A stretch of 64,000 nt of DNA, taken from positions 186,001 through 250,000 of the forward strand of contig JBODTK010000134.1 of the NCBI GenBank assembly GCA_050613775.1, in the 5' to 3' direction. The translations under genes were made by a program, and so were the position numbers. This DNA comes from Neocallimastix sp. 'constans' (taxonomy: Eukaryota). The notes under the pieces were generated by a model that worked only from the letters and a program-made list of their open reading frames with translations, had not been told where the DNA came from and searched no databases. Numbering within the stretch: position 1 is the first letter of the stretch; each line of letters begins with the position of its first letter. Below are positions 11,772 to 26,394 of the stretch, in pieces.

Positions 11772-13185
11772 ATGCCAATACGTGTAAAATTGTCATTTGA
11801 ATCACCTTTGCCTCCAATTCGATGTTTGTATGCCATAAAAGCAACAGAAGTATACATTAAGGATTTAAAAAAAAATATTTTAGATGATATTCTTTATCAA
11901 TCATTGCCAACAAAAAAAAGTGTTCAGAAGATCAATTCTTCATTATTAAAATTAACTTTAGATGGATATGAATTAGTTGATACTGAATTAGCAAAAGATG
12001 TAATTCGAAATGATGATTTAATAAGGTAAATTATATATATATTTATTATTTATTTATTTATTTATTTATTTTTTTATTTTTTTTTATTTTTTTATTTTTT
12101 TATTTTTTTTTTTTTTTTCATTATTGATAAAAGGATAATTCTTAATAATTATCTTTAATATATATATATAATGCTAAAAGTTTGAAAAATAAAAATTTAG
12201 TTTATTCTAATTATTATTATTGTTATTATTTTAATGTAATAAGTGTTGAATATATAGATAAAAATGAAATTGATTATATTAATAAAAGAAAGGCTGAAAT
12301 TCTAAAAAGTAAATGTTATTTTAGTAGTAACTTTAAATTTGTTAAATAATTATGTATAAAAAATTTTAGGTTTAAATTATATAATATATATTATTAATTA
12401 ATCATAATATTAATATAAATAATCTATTTGTAATGATCATTTGTAAATATTTATTTGAAAGATTTAAATTCAAATAAAAAGAAAAGAAAATTGGAAAATA
12501 AAAGAAGTAAGATTTATTCAAATAAGAGTGAATCGAACGATAGCAGTGACAGTAGCAGTGAAAGTAGTAGTGACAGTAGTAGTGACAGTAGCAGCGATAG
12601 TAGTAGTGACAGTAGTAGTGACAGTAGTAGTGACAGTAGTAGTGACAGTAGTAGTGACAGTAGTAGTGATAGTAGTAGTGATAGTAGCAGCGATAGTAGT
12701 AGTGACAGTAGTAGTGACAGTAGCAGCGATAGTAGCAGCGATAGTAGCAGTGACAGTAGCAGTGACAGTAGCAGTGACAGCGGTGATAGTATAAGCAATA
12801 GTAATAGTAACATCGGTAGCAAAAATGATAATGACGATAATAAAATCCAAAACAATGAACCTGAAAATGAAAATGAAGATTTAAAGAATGATGGTGAAAC
12901 AAATAAAGAGGAAATAAATAAAGATACTCCATTAAAAATAAATCAAAAACTAGAGTCAAATAGTAAGTTTGATATAAGACCACCGTTTTCATTAAGTACT
13001 CATAAAAAGAAGGCAGTTAAAAATATGAAAAATATGAAAAGCTCACATGTATATTTTGAAGAAAATAATGATGACAAAACTAATGTAATTATAAACTTTT
13101 ATTTATTTATTTATTTAAATTTATTATTATTATTATTAATTTATATAATTGATTTATATATATAAACTTTTATTTATTTATTTAC

Positions 13186-13233
<48 letters not shown>

Positions 13234-14170
13234 GTTGTTGTTGTTATTATTATTTTAAATAGGATATTAGTAATAATGAACCAAAAATGATAGCTTCTGA
13301 TCTTCATGAAACACAGCAACAAGAAACAAAATCAAAAAGAAAGAGAAGAAGAACTAGAGGAAAAAGAAATAAAAATAAGAAAAATGATGTTAATAATAAT
13401 AATAATAATAATGAAGAAAATAAAATAGAAGAAGAAAAAGAATCTAATGATAAAAAAGAAACTAATGAAATAAATGAAAATAATGAAAATAATATAAAAG
13501 ATACTAATACTAATGAAGGAAAACCAAAAAGCAAACAAGTAAAAAATAATGAACAAAAGGAAAATCAAGAAGTTTCTAAAGATAATAAAGGAAAAAATCA
13601 AAATAAAATTATTAAAAGAACAAAAGAAGATTATGAAAAATTAAAGCCAATTGATAGTCATCTTGAAGTAGGAGAGAAAATAGCCTTCAAGGTAAAATCT
13701 TAGTTATATTTAATTTTTGATATGTAAAATATATAGTTTTTATTATTAACATTAATATTATTTTATTATAAATATTATTATTCTTTATTTTTATAGACAT
13801 TAGATATGGGTAATGAATGGACTCCTGTGATTTCAGATTATAAGGTTTGTAAATTTGAATTAAATAAAAATATATTGTTATTTTAATTAAAATATATATA
13901 TTTTTCTAATATATATATATATATATTGTAATATTATTTTAGGAAGCTACAGTTTTGACATATAACACTTTTACTAAAGACGCAACGTTAAAATTGGAAC
14001 CTCAATTTATATCTCATAAAGATACAGAATATTCTGAAATATTTAATAATAGTAAAGATCCTGAAAATGATAATATTGAGGTTATTGTGGAAGATGTTGG
14101 TTTTGCAAACAAAGAAGAATTTACTATCAATATTTCTGACTTGATCGATGCAAAAAAACTAGATGAATGA
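11772..14170 (+). CDS. Coilin-like protein (N-terminal ubiquitin-like domain, Ser/Asp tract, basic stretch, C-terminal Tudor-like domain), 6 exons
   Basis: N-terminus IRVKLSF...LTLDGYEL...DVIRNDDLI; spliced C-terminus DYEKLKPI...VGEKIAFKTLDMGNEWTPVISDYKEATV resembles the coilin Tudor signature. Confidence 0.75.
12540..12790 (+). repeat. 12-bp coding repeat encoding (SSSD)n
   Basis: agtagtagtgac-type unit repeated about 20 times in frame. Confidence 0.95.
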
Positions 14171-14399
14171 ACAAATTTATTATCATATATATATATATAT
14201 ATTTAATTGATAAAAAACATATAATAGATATCCTAAATATATTATTTATATAAATATATAAATTTATAAATAATTTTTTTTTAATCTTTAATACAAATAT
14301 TATAATTTACTAATTCAATATTATTTGAATAAATAAATAAATATGCACAGACATAATTTTTTTTAATTAAAATAATATTTTATTTTATTTTATTTTATA

Positions 14400-14485
14400 T
14401 ATTATTATATTAATTTCTATTTATATATTATTATTATTATTATTATTTATTATTTATTCTATTATTTATTTGTTATTATTATTAT

Positions 14486-14525
<40 letters not shown>

Positions 14526-14626
14526 TTATTTTTATTATTATTATTATTATTATTTATTATTATTTATTATTTATTCTATTATTTATTTGTTATTATTATT
14601 ATTATTATTTTTTTTTTTTTTATTTA

Positions 14627-14661
<35 letters not shown>

Positions 14662-14711
14662 TATTATTATTATTATTATTTATTATTATTATTATTTATT
14701 ATTATTATTAC

Positions 14712-14742
<31 letters not shown>

Positions 14743-14756
14743 TATTATTATTATTA

Positions 14757-14792
<36 letters not shown>
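14400..14792. repeat. Compound (TAT)n / poly(T) microsatellite
   Basis: Read directly from the sequence. Confidence 0.9.
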
Positions 14793-14796
<4 letters not shown>

Positions 14797-15069
14797 ACTT
14801 TCTTTGACTAGCACTTTTTCTGTTAGCATTCGAAATATTTTTAGTAAGTTTTTCTGTTCTATTATTTTCATTATTTTTATCGATTTCCATATTATTGCTA
14901 TTAAAATTTTCTATCCAATTATTTTTATTGTTGTTATCGTTGAAATTTGTTTTTCTAGATCTACCTATATTTTTATCATTCTCTATATCATTCAATTATA
15001 ATCTTTGAAATTATTACGCATATTTCTTGAACACTAGCCATTTAAAAGTAATTGGAACTTAGTAATAGA

Positions 15070-15850
15070 TAGAACCATAAATTTATAGACTCCTTTAATA
15101 TATGTAATTGAGAATGATAATTTATTCCTAACGAAATATTTGATAGAGCGTTTCTGAAATTAATATTATAGATAATTTTGATAATACTCCTTTAAGATAG
15201 ACTTGACAAAATAGTAGTAAAAGACTAATAAAATATTTAGTATAAAAGAAGGGCTAAAGTCAATATTAATAATAAAATTTGTGAAATGTTGTTGAAATAT
15301 GCTTCTGATTAATTAAAAATATAGAAATACTTAAATGGTTAATAGAATTTAGTACCGATGTCATTATTAAATGCACCTTTTATTTGGTCAATTAAAAATA
15401 AAAATTTAGAAATGATAAAATTTCTGATAATCTATGGAGCTGATATTGATGCTTAGGATAATAATGATAATACTCTTTTAATTTATAGTTGTAAAGAAAA
15501 TTACCAAAGTATTATAAAACATTTAGTGGAGCAGGATGCTAAAGTCAATGATGAGGTTGATCGTTTGAATCGAACACCTTTAGTTTATGTTCTTATGAAT
15601 AATAATTTATTCTCCTAAAAAAATATTTGATAGAATACAGTGCTGAAATCAATTTTAAATATAATTTTAGTAATACTTCTCTGATATATGCTTGCCAAAA
15701 TAATAGTAGAGAACTAATAAAATAATTAGTAGAAAATAAAGATGATATCAATGAAATCAATAATTCCAAGAAAACCTCTTTAATATATTCTATACAAAAA
15801 TAATAATAAGTATATTATTCGATTTTTAATGGAACATGGTTCAAAATAAT
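15070..15850 (+). pseudogene. Decayed ankyrin-repeat gene
   Basis: Translation with stops and frameshifts: APFIWSIKNKNLEMIKFLIIYGADIDA*DNNDNTLLIYSCKENYQSIIKHLVEQDAKVN...RTPLVY...YLIEYSAEIN...NTSLIYACQNNSRELIK*LVENKDDIN. Confidence 0.85.
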
Positions 15851-16484
15851 ATCAACATGAATAATGCACTCAAGATATTAATATTGAAAAAAAATAAAAA
15901 CTAATATTATATAATTTTAAAAAAAGCAAAAAATTATTTTCTTTAAGATTATAATTTTAATTTTAATTGTATTAATAATATTAAATTAATTGAATTTTAG
16001 TTAATATCAAAATAAATCATAATTATCGATTAATAATATATTATAATAATTGATGATAAGTTATATATTTAATGTACAAATATATCAGTTACTTCAGATT
16101 AGAAAAAAAAAGTAAATCAATGAATATTTAAAAAGATCATGAGAATATGAGAATATGTGTATTCTTGAAAGTAATAATTATAATTAAATCCTTGAGGTAT
16201 TATGAAAATAATAAATACTAAATAAAAATAAATATAAAAATAAAAAACAAAAACAAAATTGAAATAAGAATAAAAAATATTATTTTAAATAATAGATGAA
16301 GAAAAAAAAGAATTTTTTGAATTTTTTTATCAAACTTTTTGGTTATAGCGAAAAATGAAATTTTTTATATAGTATTGAATAATTAACATATAATAAATAT
16401 TTAATAAATAGAAATATAATTTCAAAACGTAAAAATTAACTTATTTTATTTTATCTATAATGAATGAAATAATAAAAAAAATAA

Positions 16485-16790
16485 AATAATAAATAATAAA
16501 ATAATAAATAATAAAATAATAAATAAATAATAAATAATAAATAATAAATAATAAATAATAAATAATAAATAATAAATAATAAATAATAAATAATAAATAA
16601 TAAATAATAAATAATAAATAACAAATAACAAATAATAAATAATAAATAATAAATAATAAATAATAAATAATAAATAATAAATAATAAATAATAAATAATA
16701 AATAATAAATAATAAATAACAAATAACAAATAATAAATAACAAATAACAAATAATAAATAATAAATAATAAATAATAAATAATAATTGAA
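16485..16790. repeat. (TAAATAA)n heptamer satellite
   Basis: About 40 units with occasional TAAC variants. Confidence 0.95.
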
Positions 16791-18615
16791 TAATAACTAA
16801 AAATAATAAAAAATAGTTATACTTTTAAATATTAAAATTTTTAGATTAAAAAAAAAAAAAAAAAAAAACATTTTTTCTCCATTTTTATGTATTTATATTT
16901 TTTATGTATTATATATTATTAATATATTAAGATATATGGGCTAATTGATTTGTTATTTAATAATATTTAATCCACAAAAATTTTAAAAATTAATTTTTAA
17001 ATTTAAAAAAAAAAGTTTTTTTAAAAAAAAAATAATACATCTTAACGTATTTCAATATTTTCAGGAATATTTATATTTCTAACAAAAATTAAAGAATGTG
17101 TATGGTACTATAATTTTACTTAATATTAAAATAAAAGTTTATATCTATTATTTATTTATATAACGTACAGGTTTATAAATATAAATATTAAATAATTTCA
17201 TGAATAAAAAAAATCAAAAATACTAATCCAAATGGTAATACTTTATTATTTTATTATATTACAAAATTGAATTTGAAATGTTAAATTTTTATATAATATT
17301 ATATTATTATATATTTCGGATTTAAAAATTTATTACATTAATTGATTAAACATTTTTAAATTTATATAATTGTTTGTGCATTATTTTCTATGTACTTTGA
17401 AATATCACTTTTGTAAGTATTTTTAATATATATCTCAAGGATTTTTAGATTTTAATACTTTAATATTTCAGGTAATTTCTTATTTTAAAAAAGTTAATGA
17501 AAATTTAAATAAAAAATGAAAATATATTATAATATAATATAATATATAAATAATATATTAAATAATAATCTAGTAATATAATATTGTGAATTAAAGTAAT
17601 ATAAAAAAGTTTTATTATATAGATGATTAAATAAATATAACAATATAAAATTATGATAGTATGTCTATAATTAATTTATATCAACTTTTTTTTAAAAAAT
17701 TTATTTTATTTATTATATATAAAAAAACTATTTTAATTACTTAATAAAATAAGATTTATTATATATTTATTAATTTTTAAAAAATCTATCTATCTATATA
17801 TATATTATATAAATAAATTTTTATTTTATTATATTTTATTTTATAATTCATTGTAATTAGGGAATTATTACATTTCAAATTTGATTTAAAAATAATAAAT
17901 AACAGTTATAACAATAATAGTAATATTGAATTAAATAAAAGCAACAATAAATTAAAAATCTTCCTTCTATATTATATCATATAAAATAAATATATATATA
18001 TTTATTTATGAAATTTCATTAAAGACTTCATAAATTTGAAATTAATATATTTTATTATCAATATTATTACTCTTTTAAAATCTCTAATCTTGTGTGTTAA
18101 TGTTTTTAAATTTATAAAAAATTTTAATAAATAATACATTTTTATTGATATATAAAATATAAATAATAAGTGAGTCTATTTTAAAAAATTTTTATATCAA
18201 GAAATTTGAAAAGAATTCAAATGTAAATGAAATTCAATTATATCCAATTAACAATTATTAACTAATTAAATTTTTATTAATTCTATTAAATTTATTTGTA
18301 TTAAATAATAGGATATGTAATATTTAAAGATAACATTTATATAATATATACAAATATATATAAATGGTAATTTAATAAATTTTAGTTTTTTTATTTTTAC
18401 ATATGAAACAACTTTGATAATATATATTAAATGCAATAAAATTTCATAAATTTTTGATAATAAATGAATGTTTATATTTATATTTATTTTTATTCTTCAT
18501 ATTTTGACTAATTTTTAAAATTAATTTTAATGAAATAAAATTTAAATAATTAAAACAAATTAAATGAAACAGTAAAATTTGAAATCTAAAAATCAAGAAT
18601 ATTTAGATACACCTT

Positions 18616-18657
<42 letters not shown>

Positions 18658-18718
18658 TATATATATATTTTTATAAGAAGTTATATAATATTAAAAGATA
18701 AAAAGTTAACAATATTAA

Positions 18719-19201
18719 ATGGCCCATCATGTAAGATTATTTCTTACTCAAAATGATTTGGGGATATATGCGGATAGATTTATTGAAGAAGGTTTTGATA
18801 ATATGACATCGGTATAATATTTATAATATACTATATATATATATATAAATTTTAATTTATTTATATATATTTTTTTACATAAAAAAAAAAAAAAAAAAAG
18901 AAAAAAAGAAAAAATTTTTTTTCAATAATAATAAAAATATTTTTTTTTATATATTCTAATTTTTTTTAATTTTAACTAATAATAGTTATTAGATATTACT
19001 GAATCAGATTTAGCAGAATTAAATGTTAAACTTGGTCATAGACGTCGTTTACAAAGACTTATTACATACCAAAAAGCATTATCATATTTTGATCCCATTC
19101 CTATAAGCAATACACCATTAACACCTCCTCCTTTAAATAATCAAATTAATTCACATATAACCACTTCAAATATTAATACTACTTCTGCAACTCCAAATAC
19201 A

Positions 19202-19253
<52 letters not shown>

Positions 19254-19799
19254 TTAATAATCCATCATCATATGTCCCACCAACAATTAATTCTATCAAT
19301 ACATCACTTACATCACCAAAGAAAAAAATAGGAAGAATAAAGCAAGCTGATGTAAATCAAAATACACCTTCGGCTAATTTATTATTATTACAACAGAATC
19401 AAATACCAAATCAAAATTTATTACAACATCAAAATCCACTACAATATCCACTTCCTTTTTTGCATCATTCTATACCTACTCCTGGGTCATCTACAAGTTC
19501 ATCTTCCATTACTAATTCTAATGCTCAGACGAATGGACCTTTTAATCATCATCCGTTATTTATATTTACTGATTTAATGGATAATTCTTCCAAAAGAAAA
19601 TATAAAAGACATCCAAAACCTGATGCTATGGCTCCAGTTAAACCGTTATCCGCATATGTTCAGTTTTGTCAAGATATACGTGAAGAACTAAAAATAGAAT
19701 ATGGTAAAGAAAAATTTGAAATGATGTCATTTAATGAGATATCTCAGGAAGTCGGACAAAGGTGTATATATATTTAGGAAGACATACAAAAATATTAAA

Positions 19800-19830
<31 letters not shown>

Positions 19831-20165
19831 ATATATATATATTATATTATTTAATTTATTGATATTAATATTTAATAATTATTTAATAATTATAATATTA
19901 TTAATAATATATATATATATAATTATTTTTATTAAAAATTATTTTCATAATGAAATTTTAAACAATTAATATATATATTATTAATATAATAAAATTATAT
20001 ATATATTATTTAATTAAAGATGGAGAAAACTTGATCCAGAAAGAAAAGCAGAATTAGAAAAAATCGCTGAGCAAAAAAAGAAAGAATATGATGAAGCTTT
20101 AAAAGTGTATGAACAGTCTGAAAATTTTAGGGTAATAATAAGTAAATTTAAATATTATTAATATT

Positions 20166-20227
<62 letters not shown>

Positions 20228-21811
20228 TTGAAATCATTAAATTTAAAATAACTTATTATTATTAATAAAATATATTTAAATATTATAATAAATTTTTATA
20301 TTTTCATAGAAATATCAATTATATCTAATTGCCTGGCATGCTCAACAACGCTCCCAAGGTATGAATAATATTAGAATGTGAAATAAGAAATAAAATTTTA
20401 ATAAAATTGATATTTTAAACTTTGAAAATTTTTATTTATATTATGCTTTAAAATATATATATGTATTATAGGTAAAAAGACAGCATTGGATGAAAAGTTT
20501 GATAGAAAACGTAAAAGAAATTTTGAAAAATCACAAGAGAAATCAAATTTAAATCAAAATAATTCTCAGGCTTCATGTAATTCTTACACTCAAATACCTC
20601 ATATGTCTTATATGCCAACCCCTGCATTATCTTTACCAATGAATAATTCATTAAAGCAAAATAAATTTATTCAATCTACTGGAATAAATTCGATTAATTC
20701 ATCACCAAATATTTATCAGAATTTAATGATGTATTCTTCACAGGATGAACTACAACAAGTATTATTATTAAATAATAGTAGTAAAGCGACAAATGACAAT
20801 AATAATAATAATAATAGTAGTAGTAGTAGTAGTAGTAGTAGTATTCAAACTAATATAAATATTACTAACAATAGCAATAACAATATTAATAATAATCATA
20901 ATTATTCAACGAAAAATGAAAATAATAATAGTACTAAAAATAATACTAATTGTACAACAAATACAAATAATAGTAATATTTCTACAAATGATAAATCTAA
21001 TAAGAAATCAAATAATAAAGCCACTGGTCGTCACAATATTAATAATGAAAATAATACCAATACAAATAAAAATAATAAAAATAATAAAAATAGTAAAAAT
21101 AAAAATAACAATATTAATGATAATCAAAAAAAATACAAAACCAATAACAATAGCAAGAATGAGAGTATAAATATCAATACTAATAATGATAATGATAATC
21201 AATATCATACAAATAACATTAACCAAAGTAGTTTATTAAATCATTGTAATTCTGTTAGTCCATTAAAAGATAATCCACTAATATTGTCTATGTTATCTAA
21301 GCATCCTATGTCTTATAATTCTTCAAATAATATTACATCTTTGTTGTCATCTAATTCCCCAAATTCCAATTTAGCCTTTCAACCAAATCTTCAACAATCA
21401 TTAACTTCATTAAAACCTACTATCACTCATTATAATGGTCAAGTAGTAGTTAGACCTCCTCCAACTTCAAGTCAAAATTCAATCAATACAACATCCACTA
21501 CTCCATCATCATATCCTTTAATAAATGATCAAAATGCTTCAGATTTAATGCAAACACATTTACAACCGTTAACACAATTACGGAATCATATAAATATTTC
21601 ATCCAATTTATCTGATTCTTCTAATACTATTAATTCGTATTCAAATTATTCATCATATGCAAATCAAAATCCTATTTCTTTAACATCTCATTTATTTACC
21701 AACTCCGCATTAGTATCTCCAACATCTTTACGAAATTTATCAATTAATAAAGTTAAATCAAATTCTGTTAATTTTGTAAATAATCGTAACAGAAAAAAAG
21801 TAAAACTATAG
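18719..21811 (+). CDS. SAM-domain + HMG-box transcription/chromatin factor with Asn/Ser-rich disordered regions, 5 exons
   Basis: Exons 1-2: VRLFLTQNDLGIYADRFIEEGFDNMTSLLDITESDLAELNVKLGHRRRLQRLI (SAM). Then KRKYKRHPKPDAMAPVKPLSAYVQFCQDIREEL...SFNEISQEVGQRWRKLDPERKAELEKIAEQKKKEY (HMG box). Confidence 0.9.
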
Positions 21812-22635
21812 TAACTTAGTATTATATTTCAATATTGTTGATATTATGATTCTTAAAAAGTTATTAATTAATTAGATTCTTTAATAATAAAATAGAAATT
21901 AAATGATATATTATTATATTCACTCATTTAATTTATATTAAATTTAAAATATATAATGAATATTTATTTAAATGTTTATTATAAATTTAATATTTCATAT
22001 TATTATAGATTTTAAGAAACTATATTTTTTAATAATTAATTATTTTATTTTTTTATTATAATTTTAAATATTAATAATAATAAAAAAAAATATGACAAGA
22101 TAAAATAAAAAATATATATATTCGTTTAATAATATTTTTTTTCTTTTTTTCTTATAATTAAAAAAATCCAAAATTATAATGAATAATCATTTCAGCATTA
22201 ATTATAGTTTAAGACATTAATGTATATACCCAAAATACAACTTCAAAAAATTTAAATAAAATTTATTATAAAAAAAAAAAAAAAAAAATAAAAAAACTTC
22301 ATTTATTGTAATAAATAATGAACTAGTAAAAATATATACTATTTTAAAATTTAAAAACCTTGAATATATATATTTTTTTCTTTTATTTAAAATTATTTTT
22401 AACCAATCAAATTAAATATATAAACTGATGGCCAATAGTAAATATATTTTTTTTTAAAAAAAATATAATATTTTTAATGAAAATAATATTAATAATTTAT
22501 AAAACTATAATTAAAATTTCAATAATATATATATATTTTATTTTATTTTATTTTATTTTATTTTATTTTATTTTTTTTTTTTTTTTTTTTTTTTTAATAA
22601 TTTAACAATATATAATAATTTAATATATAGAAATA

Positions 22636-24213
22636 ATGGCATCAGATTTAGAGTTTTTAAAAAATAGAGTTGTTTTAGAAAGTGACCGTGTGTATAGTGT
22701 AAATGTTAATTATATTATATAAATATAATTAAAAAAAAAATTCTATCACTAAATTATAATAATATGGAAATCATAAAATTTTATAGGTTTCATCAATGGA
22801 TGTACCTGGCACTTTTCCAGGTGTTGATGATTCTTGGGATATTGAAAAATTTAGAAAAGTAATTTAATATTTTTTATATATATATTTGTTTTAAGAAATC
22901 CATTATAATTTAATATTTATTTAATATACTTTATATTTAAAAGTATTTTTTAAAATAAATTTTAATTTGAAATTTATATTATTTTTCAAAATTTACATTT
23001 TAAAATTTTATTAAAAATTCAATTTATAGAGTTTCAAAGTTGTAATATCAGAATTAACAAAAGAAAACATTGAATTTGACTTAATTGGTATCGATGCAGC
23101 TATTGCTAATGCATTCAGAAGAATTTTAATTGCTGAAGTAATAACATTTATTAATAAAATCATTTTATACTTTTTCTTGGATATACCATTATATATTAAT
23201 TCAATTATTTAAAAATGAAATATAATTTATTAAAGGTTCCTTCTATGGCAATTGAAGATGTTTTCATTTTAAATAATACATCTATTATGCATGATGAAGT
23301 ACTTGCACACAGATTAGGTCTTATTCCAATTAAAGCAGATCCAAATGATTTTAGTTTCCGTTGGGGTAAAAATAAAATATAATTTAAAATATAATTTTAT
23401 GATTTACTATAAAAAATCTAAAAATTATATATATATATATATATTAAAAAATAAAATAAAATGAATTGAATTGAAATTAAAAAATTTTATATTTAAAATC
23501 AATATTCAATTCGAATCAAAAATAATTATTGATTATTGATAAATAAATAAATGAAATTTTAAAACAATAATGTATTAACAAATAAAGAAACCGCTCAAAA
23601 AAATGGAAATACCCAAGGTCCAACTGATGCTGATACAATTGTATTTAAATTACAAGTAAAATGTACACATAAGAAGGGTGTTCCAAAAGATGATTCTTTA
23701 GAACCTTCTGAATTGTATGAGAATTCATCAGGTATATATTAATTTCAAAAGAGAAAAATTAATGTTCATTTTGAAAAATTTAAGCTTATCATATTTAATA
23801 TAAAACATTTTTTTAAAATATAATTAATATATATATATAAATGATAAGTTTATTCTGGTCAAATGGTTTGGTCACCTCAAGGTCGTCAAGAAGAATTCTT
23901 TAAAAATAATCCACCAAGACCAGTTTACGATGATATTTTAATTACTAAGCTTAGACCAAAACAAGTATATATTTAATTTAAATTTATATTAATTTAAAAA
24001 AAAAATATTTATAATGAATATATACCTAGAATACTTAATAACATCAATTTATTATTTATCATTATTAAATTAAAAGGAAATTGATTTAGAATTACATTGC
24101 GTTAAAGGCATCGGAAAAGATCATGCTAAATTCTCTCCAGTTGGTAAAATATCAAAAAAATTAATACATTTTACATTTAAAATTTAATGAATAATATAAA
24201 TGTAAGAATTACT

Positions 24214-24260
<47 letters not shown>

Positions 24261-24748
24261 TTTGTTAATATTAATAATAATAAATATAATTTAATTAAAT
24301 TTAATTGGATTAATATATAATAAAAAGCTACTGCTTCATATAGATTACTTCCAGATATTCAAATAAAAAGTCCAATTCTTGGTAAAGATGCTGAGAAATT
24401 CCAAAAGTGTTTCCCTGAAGGTGTTGTTGAAGTTTTTACTAACAAAGGTATAATTAATATTTAATAAAATAATATTATTATATATAAAAAATTAGGAAAA
24501 TTATATATTTACTAAATTTAACCATACATGTACAAATAATAAATAATTGTATTAATATATTAATATTATTTAATAGATGGAGAAAAGGAAGCTCGTGTTG
24601 TAAATCCAAGAAAAGATACTGTTAGTCGTGAATGTTTACGTCATCCTGAATTCAAGGATAAAGTTGTTTTAACTAGAATTAGAGATCATTTTATTTGTAA
24701 GTAATTCTATCGTTAAAATGTATAAATATGAAATAGATTAAAATCATA

Positions 24749-24784
<36 letters not shown>

Positions 24785-24986
24785 CTAAATTTTCTATAAA
24801 TAATTTATTTATATTTATATATATATATATTATTTTTTGATTCATCATATATAATTTAAATTAGTCAACGTTGAATCTGTTGGAGCAATTCCACCACAAC
24901 GTTTATTACCAGATGCTGTTAAAGTTTTAATTGAAAAATGCAAAGTTCTTAAGAGATCATTAGCTCAATTAAACCAAAGCAATTAA
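22636..24986 (+). CDS. RPC40: RNA polymerase I/III shared subunit AC40, 10 exons
   Basis: [85 protein letters not shown]; all introns GT-AG. Confidence 0.97.
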
Positions 24987-26332
24987 AAATAATATTATTT
25001 AAAATTTCATTTTTTTTTTTTAAATAAGATACTATTAGAACCTAAAAAAAAAAAATTTTTTATTTAAAAGAAATGAAATCATAAAATATTTATCATTATT
25101 ATTTAGTATTTATTTATTCATTTTCAATTATTTTCAATTAATTTAATTCATTAGAAAAGAGGAATAAAAGAAATGTTAGGAAAAATGAATAACATTGGTT
25201 TATTTAATTTTTTAAATAATTATATATGTGTATTTATTAATTTTTTTTTTTCTTTTTTTATTTTTTATTTATTTATTTATTTATATAAGACAATAATAAA
25301 ATATAATAAAGTAAAATAAAATAAATATAGAATTAAAAATAAGAATAAAAATATAAACTTTCTAATCTATACTTTAAAATTAATATTATATAGGAAAAAT
25401 ATTGTTATATATTGACATATATAATTATAAATTTATTAAATTTGCTAATAATAGTCCTATAATAACGTTTTATAGGATATTTAATATAGTTCAGTAATTT
25501 AACATATATTATTAAGTACATTATCAATTGATATTATTTTCAATGGTTAAGCAATATTTTTTTTTTTTTTATTAAAATTTTCTAATTTTAACCCATTTTT
25601 CCTTTTTCAATTACATATATATATTATTTTATATATATTTATTTTATTTTTTTTTTGTGCCAAAGTATTATTCTTTACAATAAAAAAACATTTTTATGTT
25701 TAGTTTTAATAATTAAAAATATTTATTTGAATATTGTTTATGTTTTAAAAAATAAATAAATTATTATTTATATTTCTGAATAAAAAAAAAAAAATTGTAT
25801 ATTATATTGTAAAATAATAACAATGATAATTATATATCTGAATTTTCTAAATATTAAATTATTTCTGAGAATTTTCTCTCAAAAAAATTATTCATTAATT
25901 TTAAATATTTGATTTTCATTTAAATAATTATTTTAATAATTACCATTTTTAATATCTTTTTTTTTTATAATAATAACATTTTTAAGAAAAATGCATAAAA
26001 AATGATAGCATTAATAATTCATTTTTTAATATATATATATATAAATTTTATTTTATTATTAAACTATTTTTTTTTAAAAAAATATTTTCAAAGTCCATAT
26101 TTACTTTAACTGTGCTATATGTAAGAGATTATTTATATATTTAAACACTTATAGATAATATATAGCAATGAATAATAACGACCATCCCTACTACTATACC
26201 AATAATGAAATATTATTTTTTGGTTTTTTTAATTTAATGTATTTTTTTTATTTAAGATAGAAGATTCATTTTCACTTATAATCCTATATAACAAAGTGAA
26301 TCAAAAAAAAAAAAAAAAAAAAAAAAATTAAA

Positions 26333-26394
26333 TATTATTACCTAAATATTAAAGATAATAAATAATTATTATCTTTAATATTTAGGTAATAATA
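26333..26394. repeat. Perfect 29-bp inverted repeat with 4-nt loop
   Basis: tattattacctaaatattaaagataataa-ataa-ttattatctttaatatttaggtaataata. Confidence 0.95.

Noticed and set aside
12402..12992. Alternative-frame ORFs (poly-YYCH, LLLS, TTTV, VVVT)
   Set aside because: Shadow frames of the 12-bp SSSD repeat in the coilin-like gene.
15070..15850. RIP-type mutation or stop-codon recoding in the ankyrin relic
   Set aside because: Stops are of mixed type and come with frameshifts; intact genes use the standard code.
14470..16750. Hydrophobic ORFs rich in L/F/I/Y (also at 26899, 33473, 34379, 40840, 48099, 52162, 57125)
   Set aside because: Translations of microsatellites and homopolymers.
19580..20360. 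Mating-type (sex locus) HMG gene
   Set aside because: SAM-fused HMGB-like box, and the flanking genes are not the TPT/RNA helicase pair of Mucorales sex loci.
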